DNA of 28,991 bases from Octopus sinensis (lineage: Eukaryota). The position numbers were made by a program, and so were the translations under genes. This document shows, piece by piece, positions 11,511 to 22,010 of the stretch. The number at the start of each line of letters is the position of its first letter. The first letter of the stretch is position 1. The stretch spans positions 1-28,991 of the forward strand of contig NW_021833189.1 in the NCBI RefSeq assembly GCF_006345805.1. The letters are read 5' to 3'. Below the pieces are notes generated by a model, which saw only the letters and a program-made list of their open reading frames with translations, made no database searches and was not told the origin of the DNA.

Positions 11511-11720
11511 TAGTTAATCCAAACATGAAAACACAAAGAGAAACACAACAACGTGAGGACGTGGAACAAGTATAATGACACTAGACGCTCAGGAAGGAAA
11601 GGAAGAAGGAGGTTTAACGTTTCGAGCGGAGCTCTTCGTCAGAAACATAGGAAAAGGAAAGATCCAAAGAAGGGAAGACGGAGGAAAAAAATCGCCGACG
11701 GTACACACGCGGTCACATTT
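11505..11720 (-). mobile_element. Non-coding Penelope-type terminal-repeat element carrying a hammerhead
   Basis: Contains the HHR below. Shares cctgagcgtc and terminal aactatata with the 20400-20740 repeat. (AT)-rich flanks on both sides. Confidence 0.6.
11612..11646 (-). ncRNA. Minimal type I hammerhead ribozyme
   Basis: Minus strand reads GUUU-CUGACGA-A-GAGC(UCC)GCUC-GAAAC-GUU/AAAC: complete core, 4-bp stem I, 4-bp stem II, palindromic AACGUU stem III. Confidence 0.8.
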
Positions 11721-12186
11721 TGAATATATATATTATATACATATAAAAAGGATGACCTGTAAGTGGACATCAATTATGCTAGAAGAAGATCCGCTATTGT
11801 CTTACCACTAAGAAAGAAATTTCCTCAAGGTCATACACACACATATACATACAAACATACATACATACACATACATACATACATACATACATACATACAT
11901 ACATACATACATACATACATACATACATCATAATAATGCCTGGAGAAAATCGAGTTGCGCATTTCGAATGCAATCTGTAAGCAGAATAGTAAAACTCTGC
12001 AAAACTTTCCCCAGGTTTAAAATGTGTCATTGTTTTCATTATCTACATTCGAAGATGGATCGATCATGACTGGAACGCCTTCGATCGTAGGCCTACTCGT
12101 TTAGGGTTGACCCGGTGCTAAACGTCATCATCACCGTCGTCGTCATTCTCGTTGTTGTCGTCATCTCCAACACCGCCGCCGCCACC

Positions 12187-12218
<32 letters not shown>

Positions 12219-12654
12219 CACAACAACATCACACTCAGAAAGCATACACCGTCATAGGACTAATGCTGGATCTAGTATATTCCACCCCCTCTCTCCTTCT
12301 CTTTCTCTCTCACGGACACATCTACGCAACATCATTCAGTAGAGTTGACCTGGCATTGACCTTCATCAATGTTTAATAATGTTTTTCAGGGCCTTCGAGA
12401 CTGGTGATAGGGAGAGAGAGAGAGGAGGGGGAAGGTATCATCACACCAGAGCTTTATCACCCACCATTACAAAGAAATGGACTCTTCTAAAGGTACCCAA
12501 GAGGATCAGATCTTTTATTTGTTTCATTCATTAGAATACAGCCATGCTGGAGCACCGCCTTGGAGTTTCAGTCGAATGAATCAACTCTAAAGACACACAC
12601 ACATAGCTATACATACACACATACATACATACATACATACATACATACATACAT

Positions 12655-12697
<43 letters not shown>

Positions 12698-12698
<1 letters not shown>

Positions 12699-13098
12699 TC
12701 TTTTACTCTTTTACTTGCTTCAGTCATTTGACTGCGGCCATGCTGGAGCATTGCCTTTAATCGAGCAACTCGACGCCGGGACTTATTCTTTTGTAAGCCC
12801 AGTACTTATTCTATCGGTCTCTTTTGCCGAACCGCTAGGTAACGGGGACATAAACACACCAGCATCGGTTGTCAAGCAATGCTAGGGGAACAAACACAGA
12901 CACACAAACACACACACGCATATATATACATATATACGACGGGCTTCTTTCAGTTTCCGTCTACCAAATCCACTCACAAGGCTTTGGTCGGCCCGAGGCT
13001 TAGTAGAAGACACTTGCCCAAGGTGCCACGCAGTGGGACTGAACCCGAAAACATGTGGTTGGTAAACAAGCTACTTACCACACAACCACTCCTGCGCC
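12698..13098 (-). mobile_element. Family 1 CORE-SINE, full length
   Basis: Reverse complement runs from the GGCGCAGGAGTGG head to the (AAAAGAGT) tail. Confidence 0.9.
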
Positions 13099-13132
13099 AC
13101 CACCACCACCACCACCACCACCACTACATAAT

Positions 13133-13300
13133 TATACGACGGGCTTCTTTCAGTTTCAGTTTATCAAATTCATTCCCAAGGCTTTGGCCGGCCCGAGGCT
13201 ATAGTAGAAGGCACTTGCCCAAGTCGCCACACAGTGAAACTGAACCTGAAATCATGTGGTTGGGAAGCAAGCTTCTTATTACACAACCACGCTTGCGCCT
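13133..13300 (-). mobile_element. Family 1 SINE, 5' half
   Basis: Same head and CORE segment as 12940-13098. Confidence 0.85.
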
Positions 13301-13654
13301 CTGATGTTTTATATTTTTCTTGGTCAGTTGATTGGTAGGGAAAATATTAATGGAAGGAACCGCGATATAAATGCTTCTTCATGGTCCTTGAACGGTAGAG
13401 AGCGAAACTATAATGATTTTTGGCCGATAACCGATAAAAGATGATCGTGTCCGTATCTTTTGTGTATGTTTCCTACGTGTTCGTTGTCGATGATTTGTTG
13501 TGCAATCTTTTATTGTTATTAGGTAGACAGACAAAAAAAAAAAAAAAAGAGAGAGAGAGAGCGAGAGAGAGAGAGAGAGAGAAGGAGATAGAGGGAGCTG
13601 GATGAAGATAGAGAGGGAGAAATAGGAAGAGGGGAACAGATCTAGTACACGACA

Positions 13655-13795
13655 GATATTCTATTTTTCGACCCTAAAAAAGAGATGAAAGGCAAAGTCG
13701 ACTTCGGCGGGATTTGAACTCAGAATATATTCTCTTGGCAGAAATGCGAGAGAGCATTCTAACAACTTTGTCATTTCGCCGCACATTCATATATG
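13655..13795 (-). mobile_element. Family 3 SINE fragment
   Basis: gatgaaaggcaaagtcgacttcggcgggatttgaactcagaa is the reverse complement of the 19625 copy core. Confidence 0.75.
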
Positions 13796-14145
13796 ATGGT
13801 ATTAAACCGGGAGCTACGTTAAGTCTACAACTCCTAGAAAAAAAAAACACAACAAACCGTCACCTCATCGACGAATTTCTCTTCTGTTTCCCTACGTAAG
13901 GTTTTAGCTGAAGGCTTTCATCGACGTGAGGCTCTCGTAGAAGAAAGACACTTGCAATGGCATCGGAGTGGAAACCAAGTTGTCGAGAAGAAAATTTCGT
14001 AAACTACAAAGTCATGTCTGTTGTTCGTAAATAAGGAAGTCGTCATTTAATGGCAATGAGGCCGTCGCCGCCGCCGACACTACTACTACTACTACTACTA
14101 CTACTGCCACTACTACCACTACTACTACTTCTGCTGCTGCTGCTG

Positions 14146-14177
<32 letters not shown>

Positions 14178-14571
14178 GCTACTGCTACTGCTGCTACCTC
14201 AACGATCATTAAAGATGATGGACTCCCCCGTCGATTTTGACGTTTGAACGTCCCGTTTTTTTTTTCCAGTCAGCCCGATGAATTCGTTATCGAATAATTG
14301 TGCTAAGTAGCTGAGTATTCCGCAGATACGTATACCCTTAACATAATTCTCGGGTAAAATACTCGCGACACCTGTGACAAGTCTGGTCTTGTCTGGTCTG
14401 GTCTTCTGAATTACATGTAGAGTCTATCGGACAGGCTTCTTTACAGTCTCTTTCTACACAATCTCACTCACATATCTGGCAGTGGCGGTGGGGCAGACTG
14501 TGGCTGTGGTAAAATGCCCTTACCTAAGATATCCGCTTACTGGGTTCGAACCCAAAACTTCATAGTTAAAA

Positions 14572-14666
14572 ACAAGAGAACTAATGGTGATTGTTGTAGC
14601 CAAGAATAGCTGAGTGGTAAACACTCAGCTATTCTTGGCTACAACAATCACCACTAGCTCTCTTGT
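14572..14666. repeat. 45-bp-arm inverted repeat with a 5-nt loop
   Basis: 14585-14616 and 14622-14653 are perfectly complementary; the outer 13 bp have 2 mismatches. Confidence 0.95.
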
Positions 14667-14732
14667 AACTAACGCAATTAACATTTAGCTTCGATCCCTA
14701 ACACTGCAGCCACCACCACACCACCCGGGAAC

Positions 14733-14928
14733 GCCGCGCCGCCGCTGCCGACGCTGCCGCCGATGGCCGCCGCTGCCGCCGCTGCGCCGCTGCCGCCGCG
14801 TGGCTGCTGCCGACGCTGCCGCCGCTGCCGCCGCTGCCGCCGCTGCCGCCGCTGCCGCCGCTCGCTGCCGCCGCTGCCGCCGCTGCCGACGCTGCCGCCG
14901 CTGCCGCCGCTGCCGCCGCTGCCGCTGC
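14733..14928. repeat. (GCCGCCGCT)n 9-mer CpG-rich array
   Basis: Direct reading; recurrent GCCGACGCT variant. Confidence 0.9.
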
Positions 14929-14967
14929 ATCCGGCTCGGTCACCATCAACACTGCACCCAGTGTGAC

Positions 14968-14990
14968 TACTACTACCATCACTACAATAT

Positions 14991-15033
<43 letters not shown>

Positions 15034-15042
15034 ACCACCACC

Positions 15043-15099
<57 letters not shown>

Positions 15100-15181
15100 G
15101 CTGCTACAACATCAGCAATAAGAACGGCAACAACTCCGTCTTCAGCTCCACCTACCTCTACCACTACCAGCATAATTACTG

Positions 15182-15231
<50 letters not shown>

Positions 15232-15565
15232 GCACACACACGCACACACACTCACGCACAGAGGAGACCACCAACAGGGCTATATAAACATCTACCATTG
15301 CTACTATCATCTGAATGACACTACCGAAAACGCCAACATCATAACCAGCAGCAGCAGTAGCAGCAGCAGCAGCCGTACCACCACCACTACCACCCCCAAC
15401 AACAACAACATCAAAACTGCTGCCGCCACCACCTCAAGCACCTGCACCGCTACTATTTCCCCTTTCCCCGCCACCACCCTTATTACTTCACTCACCAATA
15501 GGATTATTAGTATCGGCGATATATATGTATGTATGCGTGCGTGCGTGCGTGTGTGTATGTATATG

Positions 15566-15621
<56 letters not shown>

Positions 15622-15790
15622 AATCTATCTATCTATCTACACATACATGCACAAATATATAAACACATCTACATACATACATACATACATACATACATAC
15701 ATACATACATACATACATGCATACATACATACATACATACATACATACATACATACATACATACATTAACACACACACATATATGTATGT
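14968..15790. repeat. Compound (TAC)/(CAC), (CT)n, (CAG), (TATC)n, (CATA)n arrays
   Basis: Direct reading. Confidence 0.9.
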
Positions 15791-16101
15791 ATGTACGATC
15801 GATTATTATAAATATCTATATGTATACACTTTATATGATCGATTGTTATCTCGTTATACTCTCGAGTCTCGCAAATCAATTTTTTTAATGTTTTAAAACA
15901 TTGGATATTTCAAATTGATAAAATGGACAAATAAATTGACTTGTATAATTGTATACATCAACACGCACAACACACGTACCCAAACATACACAGATACAAA
16001 CATAAACACATACACACACTTACATGCCTATCCCTAGTGTTCGGTGCATGTATGTGTATATATATGTGTGTATATATATATATACACAAACATACAAACG
16101 C

Positions 16102-16140
<39 letters not shown>

Positions 16141-16329
16141 TATATGTGTGCAGTAAGTGCTTATATGCATATACATACATAAATAAACAATGCTCTATAT
16201 ATTTAATTGCTTATATGCAAAGTAGGTAAGTAGCGATCATATCTTGCTCTCTCTCTCTCTCTCTCTCTCTCTTAGATCTGTTTCTCTTTCTCTTACCTTA
16301 TCTTTCCCTTACACATACATATACATATT

Positions 16330-16525
16330 GGTTTCACATTTTGGCACAAGGCCTGGAATTTTGGAGGAGGCAGTAAGTCGATTACATCGACTCCCAGTGC
16401 TCAACCTTATGTTATCGACCCCGAAAGGATGAAAAACAAAGTCGACCTAGGCGGTATTTGAGTTCAGAACACAAAGACGGACGAAATGCCACTAAGCATT
16501 TCGCCCGGCGTGCTGATGTTTCTAC
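16330..16525 (-). mobile_element. Family 3 SINE
   Basis: Reverse-complement match to the 19625 copy and its ...gctggccttgtg..aaaat tail. Confidence 0.8.
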
Positions 16526-16569
16526 TGACATATATATCAACAATATATTTTAACAGATATTAATATAAA

Positions 16570-17197
16570 GGGGGCGAACTGGCAAAAACCGCCGGATAAG
16601 ATTCTTAGCGGTATTTTGTTCGTCTTTACGTTTTGGGTTGAAATTCCGCCTAACTTTTACTCTTTTACAGGTTTCAGTCATTTGACTGTGGCCACGCTGG
16701 AGCACCGTCTTTAGTCGAGCAAATCGACCCCAGGACCTATTCTTTGTAAGCCTAGTACTTATTCTATCGGTCTCTTTTGCCGAACCGCTAAGTTACGGGG
16801 ACGTAAACACACCAGCATCGGTTGTCAAGCGATGCTCGAGGGACAAACACAGACACATAAACACGCACACACATACATACACGCATATTTACAAATATAC
16901 ATATATACGATGGGCTTCTTTTCAGTTTCCGTCTACCAAATCCACTCACAAGGCTTTGGTTGCCCGAGGCTATAGTAGAAGACCCTTGGCCAAGATGCCA
17001 CGCAGTGGGACTGAACCCAGAACCATGTGGTTGGTAAGCGAGCTACTTACCACACAGTCACTCCCGCGCCTAAGGCGACTTTACTTTTCATTCTTTCGGG
17101 GTCGATAAAATATGCACTCGTTAAGCAATGGGATCGATGCAATGGACTTACCCCTCGTCCGAAATTGCTGGCCTTGTAGCAAAATCTGAAATCAATA
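16570..17197 (+). mobile_element. Family 3 SINE split by a family 1 insertion
   Basis: The halves aaattccgcctaa (to 16653) and ggcgactttac (from 17074) rejoin to match aaattccgcagaggtcgactttgc of the 19625 copy. Confidence 0.75.
16654..17070 (-). mobile_element. Family 1 CORE-SINE, full length, nested
   Basis: Head GGCGCGGGAGTGACTGTGTGGTAAG to tail; flanking repeat cgcctaa. Confidence 0.9.
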
Positions 17198-17299
17198 TAT
17201 TTACACACACACACACTCACATACACACACACACACACATACATACTACTACTTTTGCAAGACTATCATCGCTATATGCAATAGATGCTTACATGCATT

Positions 17300-17515
17300 T
17301 CATATGCCGCTAGTGTTTCCATCTTGTAAGCCATTTCCATCTTCCAAGCCCCAGGCGATCTTTTTCGGTCCCTTGCTAAAAGCATCTCTACTACTTTGCC
17401 AGAATCGTAATTCTCTTCTGCTCTTTCTGATGAATAGCCTGCCCTCGGTCTCCAAGTGTGTATGAACTCTTGGAGCGGAGGTTTCCTTTTTGATCGTACC
17501 ACCAAGAACTAAGCT
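17300..17515 (-). pseudogene. Possible decayed RTE-type LINE ORF C-terminus
   Basis: Mixed frames give GGTIKKE...EGRLFIRKSRR...LLARDRKR, loosely like the RTE GH.IRK..EGRR.RGR.R...ARDR..W end. Confidence 0.3.
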
Positions 17516-17524
17516 CATAATTTA

Positions 17525-17665
17525 AATCAGTACTGTGTCCCAAGTTTTGTTTATGCTTCTCATATTTTTTATCAATGATCTACTTACTGTCAGGTGCAAC
17601 ATAGCCCACTTTTATTACGATGATATCATACTTTCACTGCTCCTTATCGTTCCGCCTACAAGCGT
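17525..17665 (+). pseudogene. Decayed CR1-like RT fragment
   Basis: Frameshifted LLIFFINDLL...NI.HF.DDIIL.HCSLSF resembles RT domains 4-5 (LF..FINDL...FADD.TL). Confidence 0.4.
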
Positions 17666-17827
17666 AATCCTGAATGGAACCGGGTGCAAGTTTTAATACA
17701 AGGTACTTTGATGAGAATATATTCTCCTACGCTTATAAGCGCAGCCTACCCACGAAATAGCAAAACACATACCATGTGTATGCGTTCGATGTTGTTTGTA
17801 TCTCTTGAATTGCTTCTAATTCACATT

Positions 17828-17911
<84 letters not shown>

Positions 17912-18017
17912 AATAATGAGGGAGATAAATTGAAATTAATTTAATTAATATCAATTTAAAACCAGTAGTCTAAGATATAAAAATCTAAAAAAATCAAAGA
18001 AAATTCCAATACATGCG

Positions 18018-18247
18018 TATATTTAGGGCTAAAAATGAATCTATGGACGAAGGATTACGTAAGTAATTTATTCGGTAATAGACGAAACCGGTATACGATT
18101 AATTCTTGATTTTTATATAATTTTCATCTGTCTTCTGGTGTTCGCTGAATTTTCTCTGGAGAACATTCTTTCTTTGTAGTTAGATCGTATGTGATCTACT
18201 TCTAGTATATGGCTGTCCACATTGTGGTTTTTTTAGCCCTAAATATA
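18018..18247. mobile_element. Unclassified MITE with perfect 18-bp TIR TATATTTAGGGCTAAAAA
   Basis: 18018-18035 is the exact reverse complement of 18230-18247. Confidence 0.7.
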
Positions 18248-19347
18248 CACATACACACACACACATGCACACACACGCCCTCCATATATATATATATATA
18301 TATATATAAGTGCGTGTGTGTGCATTCTTCTCTTTTCATTTATTTCCTATCTTCTGAGTTTTAAAATCCTACCTGTGCAATCCTCATAGAAACCAAACAT
18401 TTTGACCACTAAAACCATCAAATATATAATCTTTAGTCTTTCTGGACAAGATAATTACAACGGCAGTGTCTCCACTCCCACCTCACCCTATACTAGAGCA
18501 CCAAATATGTTACTCACTCTCCAGAAATTTCCCATCAAATATATCTTTATCAATTCCTTTCTTAAACAACAAAATAACTATTGTTTCCTCTAAAATTCTT
18601 AGAAACTGGTCATTTCCTCCAACCGACCAATATTGGTCGTATTCTTTGTTTATCATAATGCATTGGCTACCCCCACCCCACCCGTCACGACCCCGCCACG
18701 TCAGTCTTTGCTTAAAAGACACTAAATTTGGGGTTTAGTGTATCAAATGTTTCCAGATCCGCAATTTTGCAAACACAAAAATAAAGATAAACTGAAGTGA
18801 AAAACGTTAGAAAGAAAGAAAAAAAAAAGAAAAGAAAAAATATATAGATAAAACAAAGCTGCATCTCTTTCGCTTCGCCATTGGAAAATGAGAAAAAAAT
18901 TACCTATTTACAACAACCTTTCTAATATATATATATATAACTGAATTACTTTTTTTTTTCTTTTCTTTATTTCTGTTTTACTTACATTTCGTGCGAGTAT
19001 TTCATGTCGGTTGTTTGCTCGACGTGCTAGGAAAAAACAGTTGAATTTCTAGCAAACCATTCTCTTCCATGTAATAAGGAGGTTATTTGCCATTGTAGCC
19101 CTGCTTATACAAAATGAGTGGTAGGATGGGCCTAGCTGAAACGCTTTTGATAACAGGTTCTCGCGATCAGGTCTGATCGTGAAGCAAAAATAACAGCTTT
19201 ACTCTGATTTTGTAATTCCATTTTGCATTGCAAATAACAAGAACAAAGAGTGTTAATACATGTAAAATATAGTACGCTAAATCTACTTTTTTCTATTTTT
19301 AACCAAAAGCAACAACGGTGATTAAACTAAAGTATGTTTAATTATAT

Positions 19348-20199
19348 TTAACACGTTCGTTTGCACCTACGTGTGGAAAGATTTTCGCCATGGTAATTGT
19401 CTTAGAAGAAAATTTCTTCTTGTAGACAATGTATGTGAAAGCAGATTCTGAATCGGTGGTCAATAGCACAGCATGAATTGCCGTTCTTATATTTAAACAG
19501 CAAATAATGAATTTGCAATGTGCAAGTTGGCGATGATCGAAGAAAAGTTGTGTACAAGATCTATTTAACACGCTCGTGTGCACACAAATGTGGAAAGACC
19601 TTCACAGCAGAAACTTCTCAGAAAGGCGGCGAGCTGGCAGAAATGTTAGTACGCCGGGTGAAATGCTTAGCGGTATTTCGTCTGCCGCTACGTTCCGAGT
19701 TCAAATTCCGCAGAGGTCGACTTTGCCTTTCATCCTTTCGGGGTCTATTAAATAAGTACCTGTTACTGGGGTCGATATAATCGACTTAATCCGTTTGTCT
19801 GTCCTTGTTTGTCCTCTCTGTGTTTAGCTCTTTGTGGGCAATAAAGAAATAAGAAACCTCTCAGAAACTTCTACTGTATTGTCCGCAAAGAAACTCTCAT
19901 TACGGACAATGCAGGTAAAAAGAAAAAAAGAATACCGAGCCGAGGCTATGAATGACATCATCGTACTTTAGTAGACGTGTTTCTGCGTGGTTATGCTTCG
20001 CACACATCAGCAAATCTATTAGAACAGCATTTTTTACGGGCTATTAACAACGGATTCCATGTCTACAGTTCATGGAGCATAACGATGCAGAAACACACTC
20101 GGTATGTTTTTACAAACATTGTCTATAAGGAATATTCCCTCGGGAGACTGTTTCCGTAGTGAATAACTTTCCACATTTGAGAGTACACGTCTGTATTAA
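19348..20199. repeat. Three diverged copies of a TTAA-anchored unit (two direct, one inverted)
   Basis: ttaacacg..cgt.tgcac...tgtggaaaga at 19348 and 19565; inverted counterpart ends at 20199. Confidence 0.65.
19625..19851 (+). mobile_element. Family 3 (OK-like) tRNA-SINE, young
   Basis: GGCGGCGAGCTGGCAG head, B-box gagttcaaattcc; 16-bp TSD agaaac(t/c)tctcagaaa at 19609-19624 and 19852-19867. Confidence 0.92.
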
Positions 20200-20399
20200 A
20201 TATAACAATTGTACACAGTTTTATTTCGAACCTGCCAGTTCATACTCCACATTACTGTGGAGACAAAAAAATCGATAGAAAATGATTAAATGATCTCTAT
20301 AGCTCGGTGGACCAAGCTGTTTTATTCTTTGTATTCTTTTCCATGGTTTGATCTGGCGGAAGAGGCTGTGCTACTCAGATCAAGCTGTGGTTTCTTTGT

Positions 20400-20740
20400 A
20401 TATGTTATTTGTTTCTCTCCGTTTTCTTTCCTTTCATCATTCTTTACTTTACTCATTCGTTCTTGCAGAAGAGTGTAGGCTCGAAATGTCAAAGACTTAT
20501 CCAATTTTCCTGAGCGTCAAACAAATATAAGGTTGTCCCAAAAGTTCGTAGAAAGTCTTGGAAAATAATGGTCTTTATTTTGAGGAATAATTTTTGTTGT
20601 TTTTGTTAGTACTTGGCGAGTAAAAATTCAATTTTCGCAAGTGTTTACGAACTTTTGGGACAACCTAATACATCTCGTTTGTTGTTTTCTCATCTGCCTC
20701 TATCTTCTGTTTTTTTTTTCTGTACGTTTTGAACTATATA
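20400..20740 (+). mobile_element. Penelope-type terminal repeat with a decayed hammerhead, interrupted by a MITE
   Basis: tctt-gcaga-agagtgtaggctc-gaaat-gtc-aaaga, then cctgagcgtc; ends aactatata like the 11.6-kb copy. Confidence 0.55.
20526..20670. mobile_element. Mariner-type MITE
   Basis: Perfect 21-bp TIR AGGTTGTCCCAAAAGTTCGTA; TA at both ends. Confidence 0.9.
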
Positions 20741-20769
20741 TCATTTATAGTTTGGGCTGGTAGAATGGG

Positions 20770-21070
20770 CTGTGCCCTATTGTCTTTGAGATGCCTCAAG
20801 TTCTGCGAGATCGTATTTCTTCTTAACAACTGCACATTGACGCTTAGGAAGAAAACATGAGATGAGCGGATTGAGGTCCTGAAGAGCAGCAAGTCAATGT
20901 AGCAGCTTGTGGAATGTCGAGGGTGAGGATTAGACACAATATTGGTGGCGAGAAGAAGAGAGATCAATGAGACAAGTGAGCCTGGAGCAGGGGCAGCTCA
21001 AGACATGATAGCTTCAAGCAGTGGTGACCACTGTAGTAATAGCAGAAAAGGAAGAGCGAGAAGGCAGCTC
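20770..21070 (-). pseudogene. Decayed CR1 (Zenon-like) ORF C-terminus
   Basis: Across frameshifts: FSLFLFCYYYSGH..LKLS...HQYCV..HPR..TS.Y...FRTS...HVF..VNVQLLRRNTISQNLRHL, like the SLFYRYY.GHCS.EL...HPY.V...FKR.VSRHL end of CR1-type LINEs. Confidence 0.55.
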
Positions 21071-21329
21071 CTTTGCTGGGGGAGGAGGTCCGAGTATGTT
21101 CGTGAGTCGTATATTCATTTCGTTTAGTCTAGTGGATGCTTTCTTGAGACAGTAGTGACGTTGGCGTTGGTGACGGTAGTAGTAGTGGTGGTGCTGGAGT
21201 AGATTGTAATGCAATATGTCAACGGACAAAAAAAAATATTGTCGGTGCCTAGATACGAAATGTCTACCTCTGGATTCAATGATACATTAATTTTGTAAAA
21301 CACAGTTTACTGTTTAGAAGACAATCAGA

Positions 21330-22010
21330 CAGCGAGCTGGTAGAGTCATTGGAGTGTGGGAAAGAAAAGGATACTTTGCGGTGTTTGTTTCAGCTCTTTA
21401 AATTCTGAGTTCAAATATCGCCGAAGTTAGCTTTCCTTTTCCGCATTTCGGGATCGATAAAACAAATTAGAAGTACAGGGATCAACGATGTCTACTAAAC
21501 TCCTTGCTTCAAAAATTGTTGGCTCTTGTGTCTAAAACAAAAACAAGTATTTGTGTAGCACTAAGGCGGCGAATTAACAGAAACGTTGAAGCGTCAGAAA
21601 AAAGGCTTTGCTCAATTTGTTCTGGCTTTTAACGTTTAGAACCAACCAAGATAAGCTTTGTTTTTCATCCGATCGGTATCGATTAAATCAACGTACAAAT
21701 AAAGTAATAGATTCAATGTAGTTGACTGATTTCTATTTCTCAAAAATTGCTGGCGTTTTTGTCTAAATTAGAAAACCATATTTATAAAGCACAAGGCGGA
21801 AAACTGGCAGAATCGTTACAGCTTCGGAATAAACACTTTACAATATTTGTTCGAGTTCTTTAAATTCTGAGGTCACATCTCACCGAAGTTATCCATCATG
21901 CTTGTCGTCTATCCGGGGTTAATAAAACTAAGTACAAAATATCGAAATTGATACACTGGACTAACACCTTTCTCCCAAAAACTGCTGGCCTTGTGACTAA
22001 ATAAAAAAAA
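21330..22010 (+). mobile_element. Three head-to-tail old family 3 SINEs
   Basis: Heads at about 21330, 21563 and 21793; each has ttctgag/gatcgat..aa and a aaaa.tgctggc..tgtg.ctaaa-type tail. Confidence 0.7.

Noticed and set aside
11940-12040. FKPGESFAEFYYSAYRLHSK, loosely like mariner LKPGETI.AE.Y
   Set aside because: Too short and degenerate to call without a search.
14733-15500. Mucin-like Ala/Thr/Ser-rich reading (AAASGSVTINTAPSVTTT...SAATTSAIRTATTP)
   Set aside because: It needs frameshifts, runs through (CT)n, has no splice or start context, and is explained by decayed trinucleotide arrays.
18480-18722. ILLFKKGIDKDI ORF and the 16-bp palindrome CGACCAATATTGGTCG (18624-18639)
   Set aside because: Fits several LINE motifs equally weakly; the palindrome is isolated with no supporting context.
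19348-19625. CGKIF/CGKTF resembling C2H2 zinc fingers
   Set aside because: No upstream CxxC spacing, no His pair and no TGEKP linker; the motif is part of the repeat unit.
20775-20880. Candidate minus-strand terminal exon (cag|DLNPLISCFLPK...)
   Set aside because: Better explained as an alternative frame of the CR1-like relic.
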